Shown: positions 10,547-21,835, counted from the first letter of the stretch. The stretch: 64,000 nt of DNA from Alphaproteobacteria bacterium (GCA_046153685.1 JBJXGH010000191.1:2750-66749); one strand, 5' to 3'. Made by a program: numbers and translations. Notes: generated by a model not told the origin, from the sequence alone.

Positions 10547-11467
10547 ATGGCGGGTTGGCTGGGGCGGCTGAAGGCTGGACTCGCGCGCTCGTCGGCGCGG
10601 TTGTCGGACGATCTGGCCGCCATCTTCACGGGCAAAAAACTCGATGCCGGCTCCCTTCAAGCGCTCGAGGACACGCTCATCTCCGGCGATCTCGGTCCCG
10701 CGACCGCCGCGCGCCTAGCCAAGGCCGTCGGACGCGAGCGCTTCGAGAAGGAAACCGGCGCGGTCGAGGCACGCGAGGCCCTGGCGAGAGAAATCACCAA
10801 AATCCTCGAACCCGTTGCCCGAAACTTGACCATCGACCGCGCACGCAAACCCCACGTGATCCTGGTCGTCGGCGTCAACGGCACGGGAAAGACGACAACC
10901 ATCGGCAAGCTTGCCAAGCAGCTTTCCGAGGAAGGCCGGTCCGTCATGTTGTGCGCGGGCGACACGTTCCGCGCGGCGGCGATCGAGCAATTGAAGATTT
11001 GGGGCGAGCGGGCGGGCGCGCCCGTGGTCGCGGGCGCGCCAGGCGCCAATCCGGCGGGGCTGGTTTACGACGCGCTCGCGCGCGCGCGCGCCGAAGGCGC
11101 CGACGTGCTCCTCGTCGATACCGCCGGGCGGCTGCACAACAAAATCAATCTCATGGCCGAGCTTGAAAAAATCATTCGCGTCATGCGGAAGCTCGACGCG
11201 GACGCGCCCCATTCGACCCTCTTGGTGCTCGACGCCACGACCGGCCAGAACGCCCACGCACAAGTCGAAATGTTCGCCAAGGCGGCGCCCGTAAACGGCC
11301 TGGTTGTCACCAAGCTCGACGGCAGCGCCAAGGGCGGAGTGATCGTCGCACTCGCCGAGCGCTTCGCCATTCCGGTCGTCGCCGTGGGCGTGGGCGAAGC
11401 CATCGATGATTTGCGCCCCTTCGCCGCGCGGGATTTCGCGCGCTCGCTACTCGGTCTCGATCCCTAG
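10547..11467 (+). CDS. ftsY: signal recognition particle receptor FtsY
   Basis: 306 aa with VGVNGTGKTTTIGKLA, DTAGRLHNK and TKLDGSAKGG. Confidence 0.95.
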   Translation: MAGWLGRLKAGLARSSARLSDDLAAIFTGKKLDAGSLQALEDTLISGDLGPATAARLAKAVGRERFEKETGAVEAREALAREITKILEPVARNLTIDRARKPHVILVVGVNGTGKTTTIGKLAKQLSEEGRSVMLCAGDTFRAAAIEQLKIWGERAGAPVVAGAPGANPAGLVYDALARARAEGADVLLVDTAGRLHNKINLMAELEKIIRVMRKLDADAPHSTLLVLDATTGQNAHAQVEMFAKAAPVNGLVVTKLDGSAKGGVIVALAERFAIPVVAVGVGEAIDDLRPFAARDFARSLLGLDP

Positions 11468-11525
11468 CGCGCCGGGGCGAGCGACCCTGGACAGAGCACG
11501 GACCGCCCTCCACGATCCGGCTGCC

Positions 11526-12374
11526 ATGGAACTTTCCCTCCACGTCACGCTCCTCGCGCTCACCGCCGCCGTCCTCCACGCCTGCTGGAACGCGGTGGCG
11601 AAAAGTGTCGTGGACAAGCGCCGGATGTATATCGTTTCCAATCTGGTCGCGGGCGCGGTCGGCCTGGCGCTGCTGCCTTTTGTCGATGCGCCCGCGCCCG
11701 AGAGCTGGCCCTATATCGTCGCGGGCGCGTTGATCGCCACCTTCTATACCATCGTCCTGTTCGCCGCCTACCGGGTCGGGGATCTGTCGCAGATCTATCC
11801 GACCATTCGTGGCATGACGCCGCTCCTGATCGCGCTCGGCGCCACTGCCTTTGCGGGCGAACATTTGGCCGCGCGGCAATATATCGGCATCGCCATCGTT
11901 TCGATCGGCATCTTCTCGCTCGCCTTCTGGCGCGCCGTGGACAGGCTGTCGCTCGGCATGATCGCGTTCTGCGCGCTCGGCGCGGTGATGGTATCTAGCT
12001 ACACGGTGATCGACGGCCTGGGCGTCCGGCGCTCGGGCAGTCCGTACGGTTACATGGCTTGGCTGCTGATCGGCTACATGACGGTCGCGATCGCGACCGA
12101 TCCGCTTCTTGGACGCTGGCGCGTCGCGAATTCGCCGCGCCAACTGGGCCGCCTCGTGCTCGTCGGCCTCGGCATCGCGCTGACGTACGGCCTGATCGTC
12201 CACGCCCTCAATCTCGGCGCCATGGCGCCCGTCTCGGCGCTGCGCGAGACAAGCATCATCGTCGCCGCTCTGATCGGCACGTTGTTGCTGGGCGAGCCGT
12301 TCGGCCGCGCGCGCGTTGTCGCGGCGGCCCTCGTCACCGCGGGCCTCCTGATCCTCAAGCTGCCGCTCGCATGA
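11526..12374 (+). CDS. EamA/DMT family transporter
   Basis: Polytopic hydrophobic protein of about 280 aa with a two-fold EamA-like layout. Start is at Met41 of the track ORF (ATG 11526). Confidence 0.7.
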   Translation: MELSLHVTLLALTAAVLHACWNAVAKSVVDKRRMYIVSNLVAGAVGLALLPFVDAPAPESWPYIVAGALIATFYTIVLFAAYRVGDLSQIYPTIRGMTPLLIALGATAFAGEHLAARQYIGIAIVSIGIFSLAFWRAVDRLSLGMIAFCALGAVMVSSYTVIDGLGVRRSGSPYGYMAWLLIGYMTVAIATDPLLGRWRVANSPRQLGRLVLVGLGIALTYGLIVHALNLGAMAPVSALRETSIIVAALIGTLLLGEPFGRARVVAAALVTAGLLILKLPLA

Positions 12375-12943
12375 ACGCGCGGCGCCCGCCTTCGCCTTGG
12401 CTCAAGCTCGCGATCGATATCGGCCCTCTGGCCGCGTTCTTCGCCGCCTATTCCCTTGCGGGCCTCATGGCGGCAACCGCCGTGCTGATGGTCGCCACCC
12501 TTTCGGGTCTGGCCGTCGCCTACGCGATCGAGCGGCGGATTCCCAAGATGCCGCTCATCGGAGCGGCGCTGGTGCTGGGGTTCGGCGCTCTCACGCTCGC
12601 GCTCGACGACGAGACCTTCATCAAGATGAAGCCGACCGCGGTCTATTTATTGTTCGCCGCGGTGCTTCTGGCCGGGCAAGCCACGGGGCGGTCGCTGCTC
12701 AAGCCCTTGCTCGATGCGGCCTTTCACATCGACGACGCGGGTTGGCGCATCATGACCTTGCGCTGGGGCGTGTTCTTCCTCGTCATGGCGGGCGTGAACG
12801 AGATTCTCTGGCGCAATTTCCCGACCGAAATCTGGGTCAACGCCAAGGTGTTCGGGTTTCTGCCGCTGACCTTCGCCTTCGCCGCCGCGCAAGCGCCCCT
12901 CATGCGGCGCCACGCCCTGCCCGAGGATACTAAGCCTTCTTGA
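12371..12943 (+). CDS. yciB: intracellular septation protein A (YciB/IspZ family)
   Basis: LKLAIDIGPLAAFFAAY...IKMKPTAVYLLFA...WRIMTLRWGVFF...VNAKVFGFLPLTF. ATG 12371 overlaps the upstream stop (ATGA). Confidence 0.8.
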   Translation: MNARRPPSPWLKLAIDIGPLAAFFAAYSLAGLMAATAVLMVATLSGLAVAYAIERRIPKMPLIGAALVLGFGALTLALDDETFIKMKPTAVYLLFAAVLLAGQATGRSLLKPLLDAAFHIDDAGWRIMTLRWGVFFLVMAGVNEILWRNFPTEIWVNAKVFGFLPLTFAFAAAQAPLMRRHALPEDTKPS

Positions 12944-13484
12944 TGTAATCGGCGCTTTCGCCCGGCGGATTGCCGCGTGGCGGAAAGCCCGACAATCCCC
13001 GCACCTCGCGGTGATGGCGCAAGGCCCAATGCACGGTTGGAAAGGCAAGGTCGTCCCACGGGATCTCCTGCCAGTAGAACAACTTCGCCTCGGCTGATTC
13101 GGGCCCCGGATCGAGCGCGGCACTCGGCAATTGCGCCCGGTAGATGAGCTGCACCTGCGAGATGCGCGCGATGGTATAAACCGCGAGCAGTTCGCCGAGC
13201 TGCGCCTCGGCCCCGGCTTCCTCGCGCACTTCGCGCACCGCACCCTCGTGCACCGCCTCATTGAGTTCGAGATAGCCCGCCGGAAACACCCAAAATCCCT
13301 TGCGCGGGTTGATCGCCCGCCTGCACAACAACAGCCGGTCCTCGAACGAACACACGGCGCCGACAACGATTTTCGGATTGTCGTACTGGACATAGCCGCA
13401 ATCGGCGCAGACCAGGCGCTCGTGCGTGTCACCTTCGGGAATCTTGCGGATGGTGGGGCCGCGCGGGGCTTCGGCTTGGCTCAT
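12930..13484 (-). CDS. NUDIX hydrolase
   Basis: Nudix box GFWVFPAGYLELNEAVHEGAVREVREEAG. Convergent 14-nt overlap with yciB. Confidence 0.85.
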   Translation of the reverse strand: MSQAEAPRGPTIRKIPEGDTHERLVCADCGYVQYDNPKIVVGAVCSFEDRLLLCRRAINPRKGFWVFPAGYLELNEAVHEGAVREVREEAGAEAQLGELLAVYTIARISQVQLIYRAQLPSAALDPGPESAEAKLFYWQEIPWDDLAFPTVHWALRHHREVRGLSGFPPRGNPPGESADYIKKA

Positions 13485-13625
13485 GCGGGAAATCTGGACC
13501 GGCGCGCGTCCAGCTTCAAGCCGTCTTGGAGCGAGATCGTTCGGTGTCGAGACTTACTCACGCCGCGAGCGGCACATTGCTCGCGCCCCCCTTTCACGGC
13601 GATCCCCGTTCGAGGCGGCCGGAAT

Positions 13626-13853
13626 CTAGGTGCTGATGTCGAGCAGCGAGCCGCGGGGAAGGATGCGATGCGGCGCTGGCGCCGCCGGATCGAATGCGGC
13701 GCGCGCCATATGGGCGGGCACTTTGGGGGATGCAGCCGCGCCTGGAGGTGGAATCGCGGGAGAGAGAGCGCGCGGAGCGTTGGGCGTTGCGGGCGGGCGG
13801 GTGGGCGCGGGCGAGAGCGCCTGCAACAGGGCCGAGGACGGGGGGATGGACAT
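13626..13853 (-). CDS. hypothetical Pro/Ala-rich small protein (75 aa)
   Basis: Sole support is that G/C predominates at third codon positions when I read the codons by hand. No recognisable domain and no clear SD. Confidence 0.25.
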   Translation of the reverse strand: MSIPPSSALLQALSPAPTRPPATPNAPRALSPAIPPPGAAASPKVPAHMARAAFDPAAPAPHRILPRGSLLDIST

Positions 13854-13896
13854 GGCGGCAAGCTATGCCGCCGGTTGCTAATGATAGGTTAAGCGC

Positions 13897-14772
13897 CTAA
13901 CCGGCAAAGCGCGGCTCGGCAATACCGGCCATGCCGGGCTCGAAGGCGAAGATGTCGCCCGCGTGAGGTTCGCGGGCAAGCGCCGCGTCGTCGAGCCCAT
14001 CGCGCGCCGAGGTCACGAACACGGTGCGCAGATCCGCGCCGCCGAAATTGATGCTGGTCGGCCGCCGCACGGGCATGGCGATGACGCGCTCGATGCGCCC
14101 TTGGGGGTCATAGCGCACGATGCGCGCGCCGTCCCAATTGGCGCTCCACACCCCGCCCTCGGAATCGACCGTCAGCCCGTCGGGAAAGCCCGTGTCCTCG
14201 GGCACATCGGCAAAGACGCGGCGATTGGCGAGCGCGCCGGAGGCAATATCGAAATCGAAGACGTCGATCCGATTGGTGCGGGTATCGGTGTAGTACATCA
14301 GGCGATCGTCGGGCGACCAGCCGAGACCGTTCGCCGTGCGAATGCCCGTCACCATGCATGTCACCGCATGGTCGAGATCGAGACGATAGAGCGAACCCCT
14401 GGGTTGGCGCGGCAGGCCCGCAAAGTGCATTGTGCCGGCCCAAAACCGGCCACGCCGATCGACCTTGCCATCGTTGAAGCGCGTGTCATCCGGCTCCTTC
14501 GGCAGGAGCAGCGGCTTGACCGCGCCGGTGTCGAGATCGACCAGATGAAAGCCGCGGCGCAGCGCGACGACGGCCCCGCCGCCCTCGCGCAAGGCGAACG
14601 AACCTATGAGATCGGGCATGGGCCAGGATTTGGTCTTGCCGGTCGCGGGATCGAAGCGCTTGAGCGCGGGTTCGAGACTGTCCACCCAATACAGCGCCGC
14701 CGCGCGCGGGCACCACACCGGGCCCTCGCCGAGTCGAGCTTGCGCTGCCAGCGCCACGCGAATGCCGACCAT
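13897..14772 (-). CDS. SMP-30/gluconolactonase/LRE family protein
   Basis: Start at Met100 of the track ORF (MVGIRVALAAQARLGEGPVW). Also RFNDGKVDRRGRFWAGTM, NGLGWSPD and PDGLTVDSEGGVW. Confidence 0.85.
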   Translation of the reverse strand: MVGIRVALAAQARLGEGPVWCPRAAALYWVDSLEPALKRFDPATGKTKSWPMPDLIGSFALREGGGAVVALRRGFHLVDLDTGAVKPLLLPKEPDDTRFNDGKVDRRGRFWAGTMHFAGLPRQPRGSLYRLDLDHAVTCMVTGIRTANGLGWSPDDRLMYYTDTRTNRIDVFDFDIASGALANRRVFADVPEDTGFPDGLTVDSEGGVWSANWDGARIVRYDPQGRIERVIAMPVRRPTSINFGGADLRTVFVTSARDGLDDAALAREPHAGDIFAFEPGMAGIAEPRFAG

Positions 14773-14785
14773 CGGCCCCTCCGGC

Positions 14786-15487
14786 CTAACGGAACATGGA
14801 TTTAATCTGCTCGATCTTGTCGAATCCCTTGCGGGTTTCCGTGACCATGTCGCGGCCACAAACGTTTTCGAACCCGGATGATTTGATCGTCGCGCGCGTG
14901 ACCTTGATCTGCTCGTCGAAAACCTTGTCATATTGCTGACGGAAATAATCGACATCGCCCGTGCTGTAGCCGGCCTGATAGAGAAAATCGTAAAGGCTGC
15001 GCATATCGGAGGCGGCAAAGGACGAGCTGCCCGCGCAGCCGGCCGGAAGAGCGTTGATCGAACCCACATCGCGCAGCGCTTCCAGAATCCGCGACCGGTT
15101 GCGCCGAAGCTTGGCTTCGCTCTGCGCCGCCGCGGTTGCCTGCGCCTGGCCCGGCGTTTCCTTGGTCGCGTACGCGCCCATATTGAGTTCCGGCACCTTG
15201 GCCAGAACCTGCTTTGGCAGTTCGCAATTGAACCACTGCAGCATGTTCATGGCCATCAACTGACTGAGAATAAGATTGGTGACATAGGACTGCCGAAGCG
15301 TGGCGATCTGCACCTCGGCATCGGTGATGCCGACATTCTGTTCGATGAGTTGGGTGGATTGCCGGTAATGGGCGAGCGCCGTGTCGCACACCTGCTGGCC
15401 TTCGTTCCGGCCCGCGGGCGCGGCCAGGGCCTCGCCCGACGCGCACGCCAAGGCCAGGGACAACGCGGCAAGAACGATTTGACGCAT
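14786..15487 (-). CDS. hypothetical secreted protein, 4 Cys
   Basis: Start at Met33 gives a signal peptide MRQIVLAALSLALACASGEALA. No family recognised. Lies 13 nt upstream of the SMP-30 gene. Confidence 0.6.
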   Translation of the reverse strand: MRQIVLAALSLALACASGEALAAPAGRNEGQQVCDTALAHYRQSTQLIEQNVGITDAEVQIATLRQSYVTNLILSQLMAMNMLQWFNCELPKQVLAKVPELNMGAYATKETPGQAQATAAAQSEAKLRRNRSRILEALRDVGSINALPAGCAGSSSFAASDMRSLYDFLYQAGYSTGDVDYFRQQYDKVFDEQIKVTRATIKSSGFENVCGRDMVTETRKGFDKIEQIKSMFR

Positions 15488-15582
15488 GGCGTCACGCCTC
15501 TCTAATTCGTTTGCAAGTCGTCGGCACGTGGGCCGTTGGCGCGCGAGCCATCTCCGCCCGCGCGGCCATTTCTTATAACTCA

Positions 15583-15621
15583 CCCACCATACTAAGTATT
15601 AAGCCCACCAAATTAAGTGTT
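15583..15621. repeat. imperfect 18-bp direct repeat, period 21 bp (CCCACCAtacTAAGTaTT / CCCACCAaatTAAGTgTT)
   Basis: Read directly: 15583-15600 and 15604-15621, 15 of 18 positions identical. Lies about 100-135 nt upstream of the 15487 start on the minus strand, in an AT-richer gap. Confidence 0.7.
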
Positions 15622-15670
15622 GAGAAGGTGAAATCGTCCGCGACCGGCAAGTCGGATTCCTTGGCGACGG

Positions 15671-16081
15671 CTAGGCCGGTCGTGAGGCTGCGAGGGTCAG
15701 TTGGTTCGGTTCATAAACACGGCGCCATAACAAGCGGGGGTCCGAGGCGGAAAAATTGTCTGACCGAAGAACCATGCCGTGGGGCCGGATCAAGCCGCCG
15801 TGAAACACGGAGATCTTCTCCGCCGCCCCGCCATCTTCCGCATCGCGCGGCACTGTGATCTTGGGCGGCGACGGATGGGGCACGGAGACGTCGCTTCTGG
15901 ACATTGTCGGCGGCTGAGCGAATTTCCAGTGCTTGTAGCGCGGCAGGTTCGAGACACTTCTCGTGGCGTAACGCGGGAGCAAATCGTGTGCGCGGATATG
16001 CAGCTTTTGGCCGATTTCCCGGCGCGAAATAAGCTCGGCTCTGCGCCGGCGAGACACCCGACGCAGCGCAAGTCGCGGCAA
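15671..16081 (-). CDS. hypothetical protein (orphan ORF, non-ATG start)
   Basis: Of the three overlapping ORFs here, this frame showed mostly G/C at third codon positions when I read its codons by hand. The track start is TTG and an in-frame GTG lies 8 codons later. No domain recognised. Confidence 0.3.
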   Translation of the reverse strand: MPRLALRRVSRRRRAELISRREIGQKLHIRAHDLLPRYATRSVSNLPRYKHWKFAQPPTMSRSDVSVPHPSPPKITVPRDAEDGGAAEKISVFHGGLIRPHGMVLRSDNFSASDPRLLWRRVYEPNQLTLAASRPA

Positions 16082-16273
16082 GGGCGAATGCCGCCCTCCT
16101 CAAGGTACCTAGATGAAGTTCCATGAGTCGGTTCATGGTCCGATAGTCGAAGCGAAATCCGCCAATATCCATTCGACGGGCTTATCGATTCGGCGCCCTT
16201 ATTGATTTAATAGCCTTAACAGTTTTCTAACGACCCATGGACAAATATTGAGCCAAGTACCGAGGCGAGGAAC

Positions 16274-17479
16274 ATGGGCCGATCACGCTCGCGCATTCCG
16301 ATCCACGGCCTGATGGCAAAATTATCCGAGCTTGCCGATGAGGACGATGAAAATACGGACATGCGACTGGAAAAATTACTGAACTTGGCGCGCAATCGCT
16401 CGGCGGAGGGGCGTGCGGAGCTATTGGATGCCGTCGGAAGCATCTATTCCGATAGCGGCACCGGCATCGGAGCGCGCGAGCAGAAATTAATCGAGGAGAT
16501 CTTGCGCCGTCTCGTCGGCGAGGTGGAGCGGGACGTGCGCGCGGCCTTGGCCGAGCGATTGGCCGATCTCAAGTCCGCGCCGAAGGATCTGATTTGGCGC
16601 TTGGCCAATGACGACGCGCAGGTCGCGTTCCCGATCCTCATGCGCTCGGGCTTGCTCGGCGATTCCGAATTGATCGAGATCGTCCGTCACAAGACGAGCG
16701 GTCACCGCCTTGCCGTCGCCCAGCGCACGCCCGTGACCATGCCCGTATCGGCGGCGCTTGCCGAATCCGGCGAGACATCGGTGATCGCGGCTTTGCTCGC
16801 CAATGTCGAAGCGCATATCTCGCCCGAGACCTATGAACTGATCACCGACCTGGCGCGCGAGGCGGAAATCCTTCAGCAACCGCTCGTCGCGCGCAAAGAT
16901 CTTCCGGGCGATTTGGCCCGCCGGATGTACTGGTGGGTATCGGCGGCCTTGCGCCAACAAATTCTGACGAATTTTGACATCGATCCGGACGAACTCGACG
17001 GCGCCGTGATCGGGGCGGTGACGGCCCGCACGCCCATGGTCGTGGGCGGCGAACTCCTACCCAAAGCCGGATTGAACGCACAGGCCGAATCCCTGTTCCG
17101 ATCCGGCGCGCCTGCGCCCGAGCTTCTGGTCCGGCTCATGCGCGCGGGCAAATTCGATCTGTTCGAGATCGTGCTCGCCCGCGCGCTCGATCTTAAGTTG
17201 TCGATGCTGCGGCGCGTATTGTACGAACCGGGCGGTCAGGCCCTGGCGGTAGGCATGCGCGCCATCGGCATCACGAAACCCGATTTCGCCGCCATTTTCC
17301 TCTGGAGCCGCAACGCCCGGCCCGGCGACAAGAACGTGGCCGAGGACGAACTGGCCCGCGCCTTGCGCTTTTACGACCGCGTCAGCGCCAACGCGGCGCG
17401 CGGCGTGCTGCGCCGCTGGCAACGCGATCCCAATTACCAAGAAGCAATCGACGCCATCGGGTACGAAGGCGCCGCCTGA
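16274..17479 (+). CDS. DUF2336 domain-containing protein
   Basis: 401 aa. Pattern RLANDDAQVAFPILMRSGLLGDSELIEIV plus repeated helical modules resembles alphaproteobacterial DUF2336 proteins (recognised from memory). ATG is preceded by GAGGCGAGG. Confidence 0.6.
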   Translation: MGRSRSRIPIHGLMAKLSELADEDDENTDMRLEKLLNLARNRSAEGRAELLDAVGSIYSDSGTGIGAREQKLIEEILRRLVGEVERDVRAALAERLADLKSAPKDLIWRLANDDAQVAFPILMRSGLLGDSELIEIVRHKTSGHRLAVAQRTPVTMPVSAALAESGETSVIAALLANVEAHISPETYELITDLAREAEILQQPLVARKDLPGDLARRMYWWVSAALRQQILTNFDIDPDELDGAVIGAVTARTPMVVGGELLPKAGLNAQAESLFRSGAPAPELLVRLMRAGKFDLFEIVLARALDLKLSMLRRVLYEPGGQALAVGMRAIGITKPDFAAIFLWSRNARPGDKNVAEDELARALRFYDRVSANAARGVLRRWQRDPNYQEAIDAIGYEGAA

Positions 17480-17485
17480 GCGTTC

Positions 17486-18679
17486 TCAGCGTGGCGCCAG
17501 CGCGGCGACGCCGGGCAGGGTCTTGCCTTCGAGCCATTCGAGAAAGGCGCCACCCGCGGTCGAGACATAGCTGAAACGCTTGACCACGCCGGCATGGCCG
17601 AGCGCCGCCACCGTGTCGCCACCACCCGCGACCGTGAGTAGGCCGCCGCGATCGGTGAGTTCCGCGGCGCGGCGCGCAAGCGCGTTGGTGCCTGCATCGA
17701 ACGGCGGCGTCTCGAACGCGCCGACCGGACCGTTCCACACCAAGGTCCGGCAATTTTCGAGTTCCTTGCCGAGCGCCGCGATCGAAGCGGGACCGATATC
17801 GAGGATGAGTTGATTCGGCGGCACGGCACCAATCGGCACCGTGCGCGTCGCGACGCCTGCCGCAAGCGCGGGCGCGACAACCGCGTCCTCGGGCAGCAAC
17901 AGCGCACAGCCCGCGCGCTTGGCCGCGTCCTCGATCTGGCGCGCAGTCTCGGCAAGATCGCGTTCGCACAGAGATTTTCCGACCTCGACTCCGCGCGCGT
18001 GCAAAAAGGTGTTCGCCATCCCGCCGCCGATGATGAGACGGTCGACCTTGGCGGCGAGATTGGCGAGCAGATCGAGTTTGGTCGAAATCTTGGCGCCGCC
18101 CACGATGGCGGCGAGCGGGCGGACGGGCCGTGCCAGCGCCCGTCCGAGATGGTCGAGTTCCTCCTGCATCAGCCGTCCGGCCGCGTTGGGCAGCAAGCGC
18201 GCGAGCGTGTCCGTCGAGGCGTGCGCGCGGTGCGCCGCCGAGAATGCGTCGTTGACGTAGATCTCGCCCAGTCTGGCGAGCGCGGCGGCGAATTCGGGAT
18301 CGTTCTTTTCCTCGCCTGCATGAAAGCGCAGGTTTTCGAGCACCGCCACGCCACCCTCGGGCAAATCGCGAATCGCCGCTTCGGCGGCCGCACCCACGCA
18401 ATCCTCGACGAATACGATCTTGCATCCCAGCGCGCGCGCCAAGGCCGGGACCACCTGTTTCAGGGAATTTTCCGCGCCGCGGCTTTTGGGTCGGCCGAAA
18501 TGCGAGATGACGGCGACGCGCGCGCCCTTGCTTGCGAGTTCCGCGATGGTCGGCGCAAGGCGTACAAGGCGCGAATCGTCCGTTACCCGGCCGTCCGACA
18601 CCGGCACGTTTAGATCGGCGCGCAGGATGACGCGGCGACCTTTGACTTCTAGGTCATCGAGGGTACGAAACTGGGTCAT
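17486..18679 (-). CDS. pgk: phosphoglycerate kinase
   Basis: Start at Met78 of the track ORF (MTQFRTLDDLEVKGRRVILRADLNVP). Also HFGRPK, AIVGGAKISTK, NGPVGAFE and STAGGAFLEWLEGK. Confidence 0.95.
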   Translation of the reverse strand: MTQFRTLDDLEVKGRRVILRADLNVPVSDGRVTDDSRLVRLAPTIAELASKGARVAVISHFGRPKSRGAENSLKQVVPALARALGCKIVFVEDCVGAAAEAAIRDLPEGGVAVLENLRFHAGEEKNDPEFAAALARLGEIYVNDAFSAAHRAHASTDTLARLLPNAAGRLMQEELDHLGRALARPVRPLAAIVGGAKISTKLDLLANLAAKVDRLIIGGGMANTFLHARGVEVGKSLCERDLAETARQIEDAAKRAGCALLLPEDAVVAPALAAGVATRTVPIGAVPPNQLILDIGPASIAALGKELENCRTLVWNGPVGAFETPPFDAGTNALARRAAELTDRGGLLTVAGGGDTVAALGHAGVVKRFSYVSTAGGAFLEWLEGKTLPGVAALAPR

Positions 18680-18819
18680 GGTTTTCAATCCGGCGGATTT
18701 GGAACTGGATGCGACCGAAGCACGACGGGCCCGGATTTTCAATCCGCCCGTCATCGCTTCGTCCGGACCTGGCGATAGTGGGCGATGGGGCGTTGCGGTG
18801 AGCGCCGAATCGCACTGTA

Positions 18820-20178
18820 ATGCCGCCCGCCGCAACGCCCCGTCGCCGGGGAAGGGCGGCTGGGGGGTCACGCGTGAGCATTTCCGTCGCCATCGTAGGT
18901 TCGGGCCCAAGCGGATTTTACACGGCCGCCGCCTTGCTCGAATCGGGCGCGGACTGCGCCATCGACATCATCGAGCGTTTGCCCACGCCTTACGGCCTTA
19001 TCCGTGGCGGCGTGGCGCCTGACCACCAGACCACCAAGCGCGTCATGCGCGCCTATGAACGCACGGCGCTCCATCCCAATGTCCGCTATTACGGCAATGT
19101 CGAGCTGGGCAAGGACATCGCGCTCGGCGAGTTGCGCGCCCTGTACGACGCGGTCGTGTTGTCGGTCGGCGCGCCCTTCGACCGGCCGCTCGGCATCCCG
19201 GGCGAGGACAAGCGCGGCGTCATTGGCTCCGCGGCCTTCGTCGGCTGGTACAATGGCCACCCCGATTTCCGCGATCTCGACCCGGATCTCGACACCAAGG
19301 CCGCGGTCGTGATCGGCAACGGCAATGTCGCCATCGATATCGCGCGCGTGCTGGTGAAGACCAAGGCGGAAATGGCCGCGACCGATTTGCCCGGTTACGC
19401 CGAGACGGCGATTCGTGCCTCGGCCATTCGGGACGTTTACATGGTGGGACGGCGCGGTCCCATCGAAGCGAAATTCACCAATGTCGAGTTGCGCGAAATG
19501 GGTGAGCTCGAGGATTGCCACCCCGTCGTCGAGGCCGCCCAGTTGCCCGATACCGTCACCGGCGAAATGTCCGACCGCGACCGCCGTCTGCGCGAGAAAA
19601 ACATGGCGTCCTTGCGCGAATTCGCGGCGCAGTCGCCGGCGGGAAAATCCAAGCGCGTGCACTTCACCTTCTTCGCCAAGCCTGTCGAGATCCTGGGCGG
19701 CGAGCGCGTCGAGGGCATAAGGCTCGAACACACCACGGTCGTGGACGGGCGCGCGGTGGACACTGGCGAATTTTTCGAGATCGCCTGCGGCTTGGTACTG
19801 CCGGCCATCGGCTATCAGGGCTCGGCGCTCGAAGGCGCGCCATTCGACAAGCGTGCCGGCATCATCCCCAATACCCAAGGCCGGGTCGAGCCTGGGCTTT
19901 ATGTCGCGGGCTGGATCAAGCGCGGCCCAACCGGCGTCATCGGCACCAATAAGCCCGATGGCGACGAAGCCGCCGCGGCGATCCTCGCGGACGCGGGCAC
20001 GGGCGGTAAACCCGGGAGGATCGCGCTCGATGCGCATCTCGCGTCACGCAGCGCCGCGCCCGTGAGTTTCGCCGATTGGAAGAAAATCGAGGCGGCGGAA
20101 ATCGCCGCAGCCGCCCCGGGCGCACCGCGCGAGAAGTTCTGCCGCGTCCGCGACATGCTCGCGGTCCTGGATCGCTGA
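18820..20178 (+). CDS. FprA/adrenodoxin-reductase-type ferredoxin-NADP+ reductase
   Basis: VAIVGSGPSGFYTAAALL...IERLPTPYGLIRGGVAPDH...VVIGNGNVAIDIARVL...GWIKRGPTGVIGTNK. An alternative GTG start at 18874 places the GxGxxG loop nearer the N-terminus. Confidence 0.8.
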   Translation: MPPAATPRRRGRAAGGSRVSISVAIVGSGPSGFYTAAALLESGADCAIDIIERLPTPYGLIRGGVAPDHQTTKRVMRAYERTALHPNVRYYGNVELGKDIALGELRALYDAVVLSVGAPFDRPLGIPGEDKRGVIGSAAFVGWYNGHPDFRDLDPDLDTKAAVVIGNGNVAIDIARVLVKTKAEMAATDLPGYAETAIRASAIRDVYMVGRRGPIEAKFTNVELREMGELEDCHPVVEAAQLPDTVTGEMSDRDRRLREKNMASLREFAAQSPAGKSKRVHFTFFAKPVEILGGERVEGIRLEHTTVVDGRAVDTGEFFEIACGLVLPAIGYQGSALEGAPFDKRAGIIPNTQGRVEPGLYVAGWIKRGPTGVIGTNKPDGDEAAAAILADAGTGGKPGRIALDAHLASRSAAPVSFADWKKIEAAEIAAAAPGAPREKFCRVRDMLAVLDR

Positions 20179-20356
20179 GCCAGGAATGACCGAAGCGGCA
20201 ATCGCCTTACCCATTACGGGGTTTTTTGAGGATGTACCAGTGGACCGGAGACGGCGATCCGCCTAACCTTTCAGGACATGCGCCGCCCCGCCCGCAAGGC
20301 TATGCTCGCGCGGCCATGGATCAAGAGATCATGACCCAGGAAACACGGAAATACCG

Positions 20357-21784
<1,428 letters not shown>

Positions 21785-21835
21785 AAGGACTACGACAGCG
21801 GCCATATCTCGTACGACGCAGCGAACCACCAGCGC

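Noticed and set aside
13481-13881. 126-aa minus ORF and 83-aa plus ORF in the NUDIX/SMP-30 gap
   Set aside because: Their Arg/Pro/Gly-rich composition is typical of off-frame translation. One also overlaps the NUDIX start.
15711-16172. 153-aa minus ORF and 115-aa plus ORF (15779-16126) in the 15.5-16.3 kb gap
   Set aside because: They are mutually exclusive with the 15671-16081 frame, the only one I found to be GC3-biased when read by hand. Even that one is reported at low confidence.
20195-20230. Possible intrinsic terminator after the FprA-like gene (T6 tract at 20222-20227)
   Set aside because: Only a stem of 3-4 bp (CCC…GGG) precedes the T tract, which is too weak to call.
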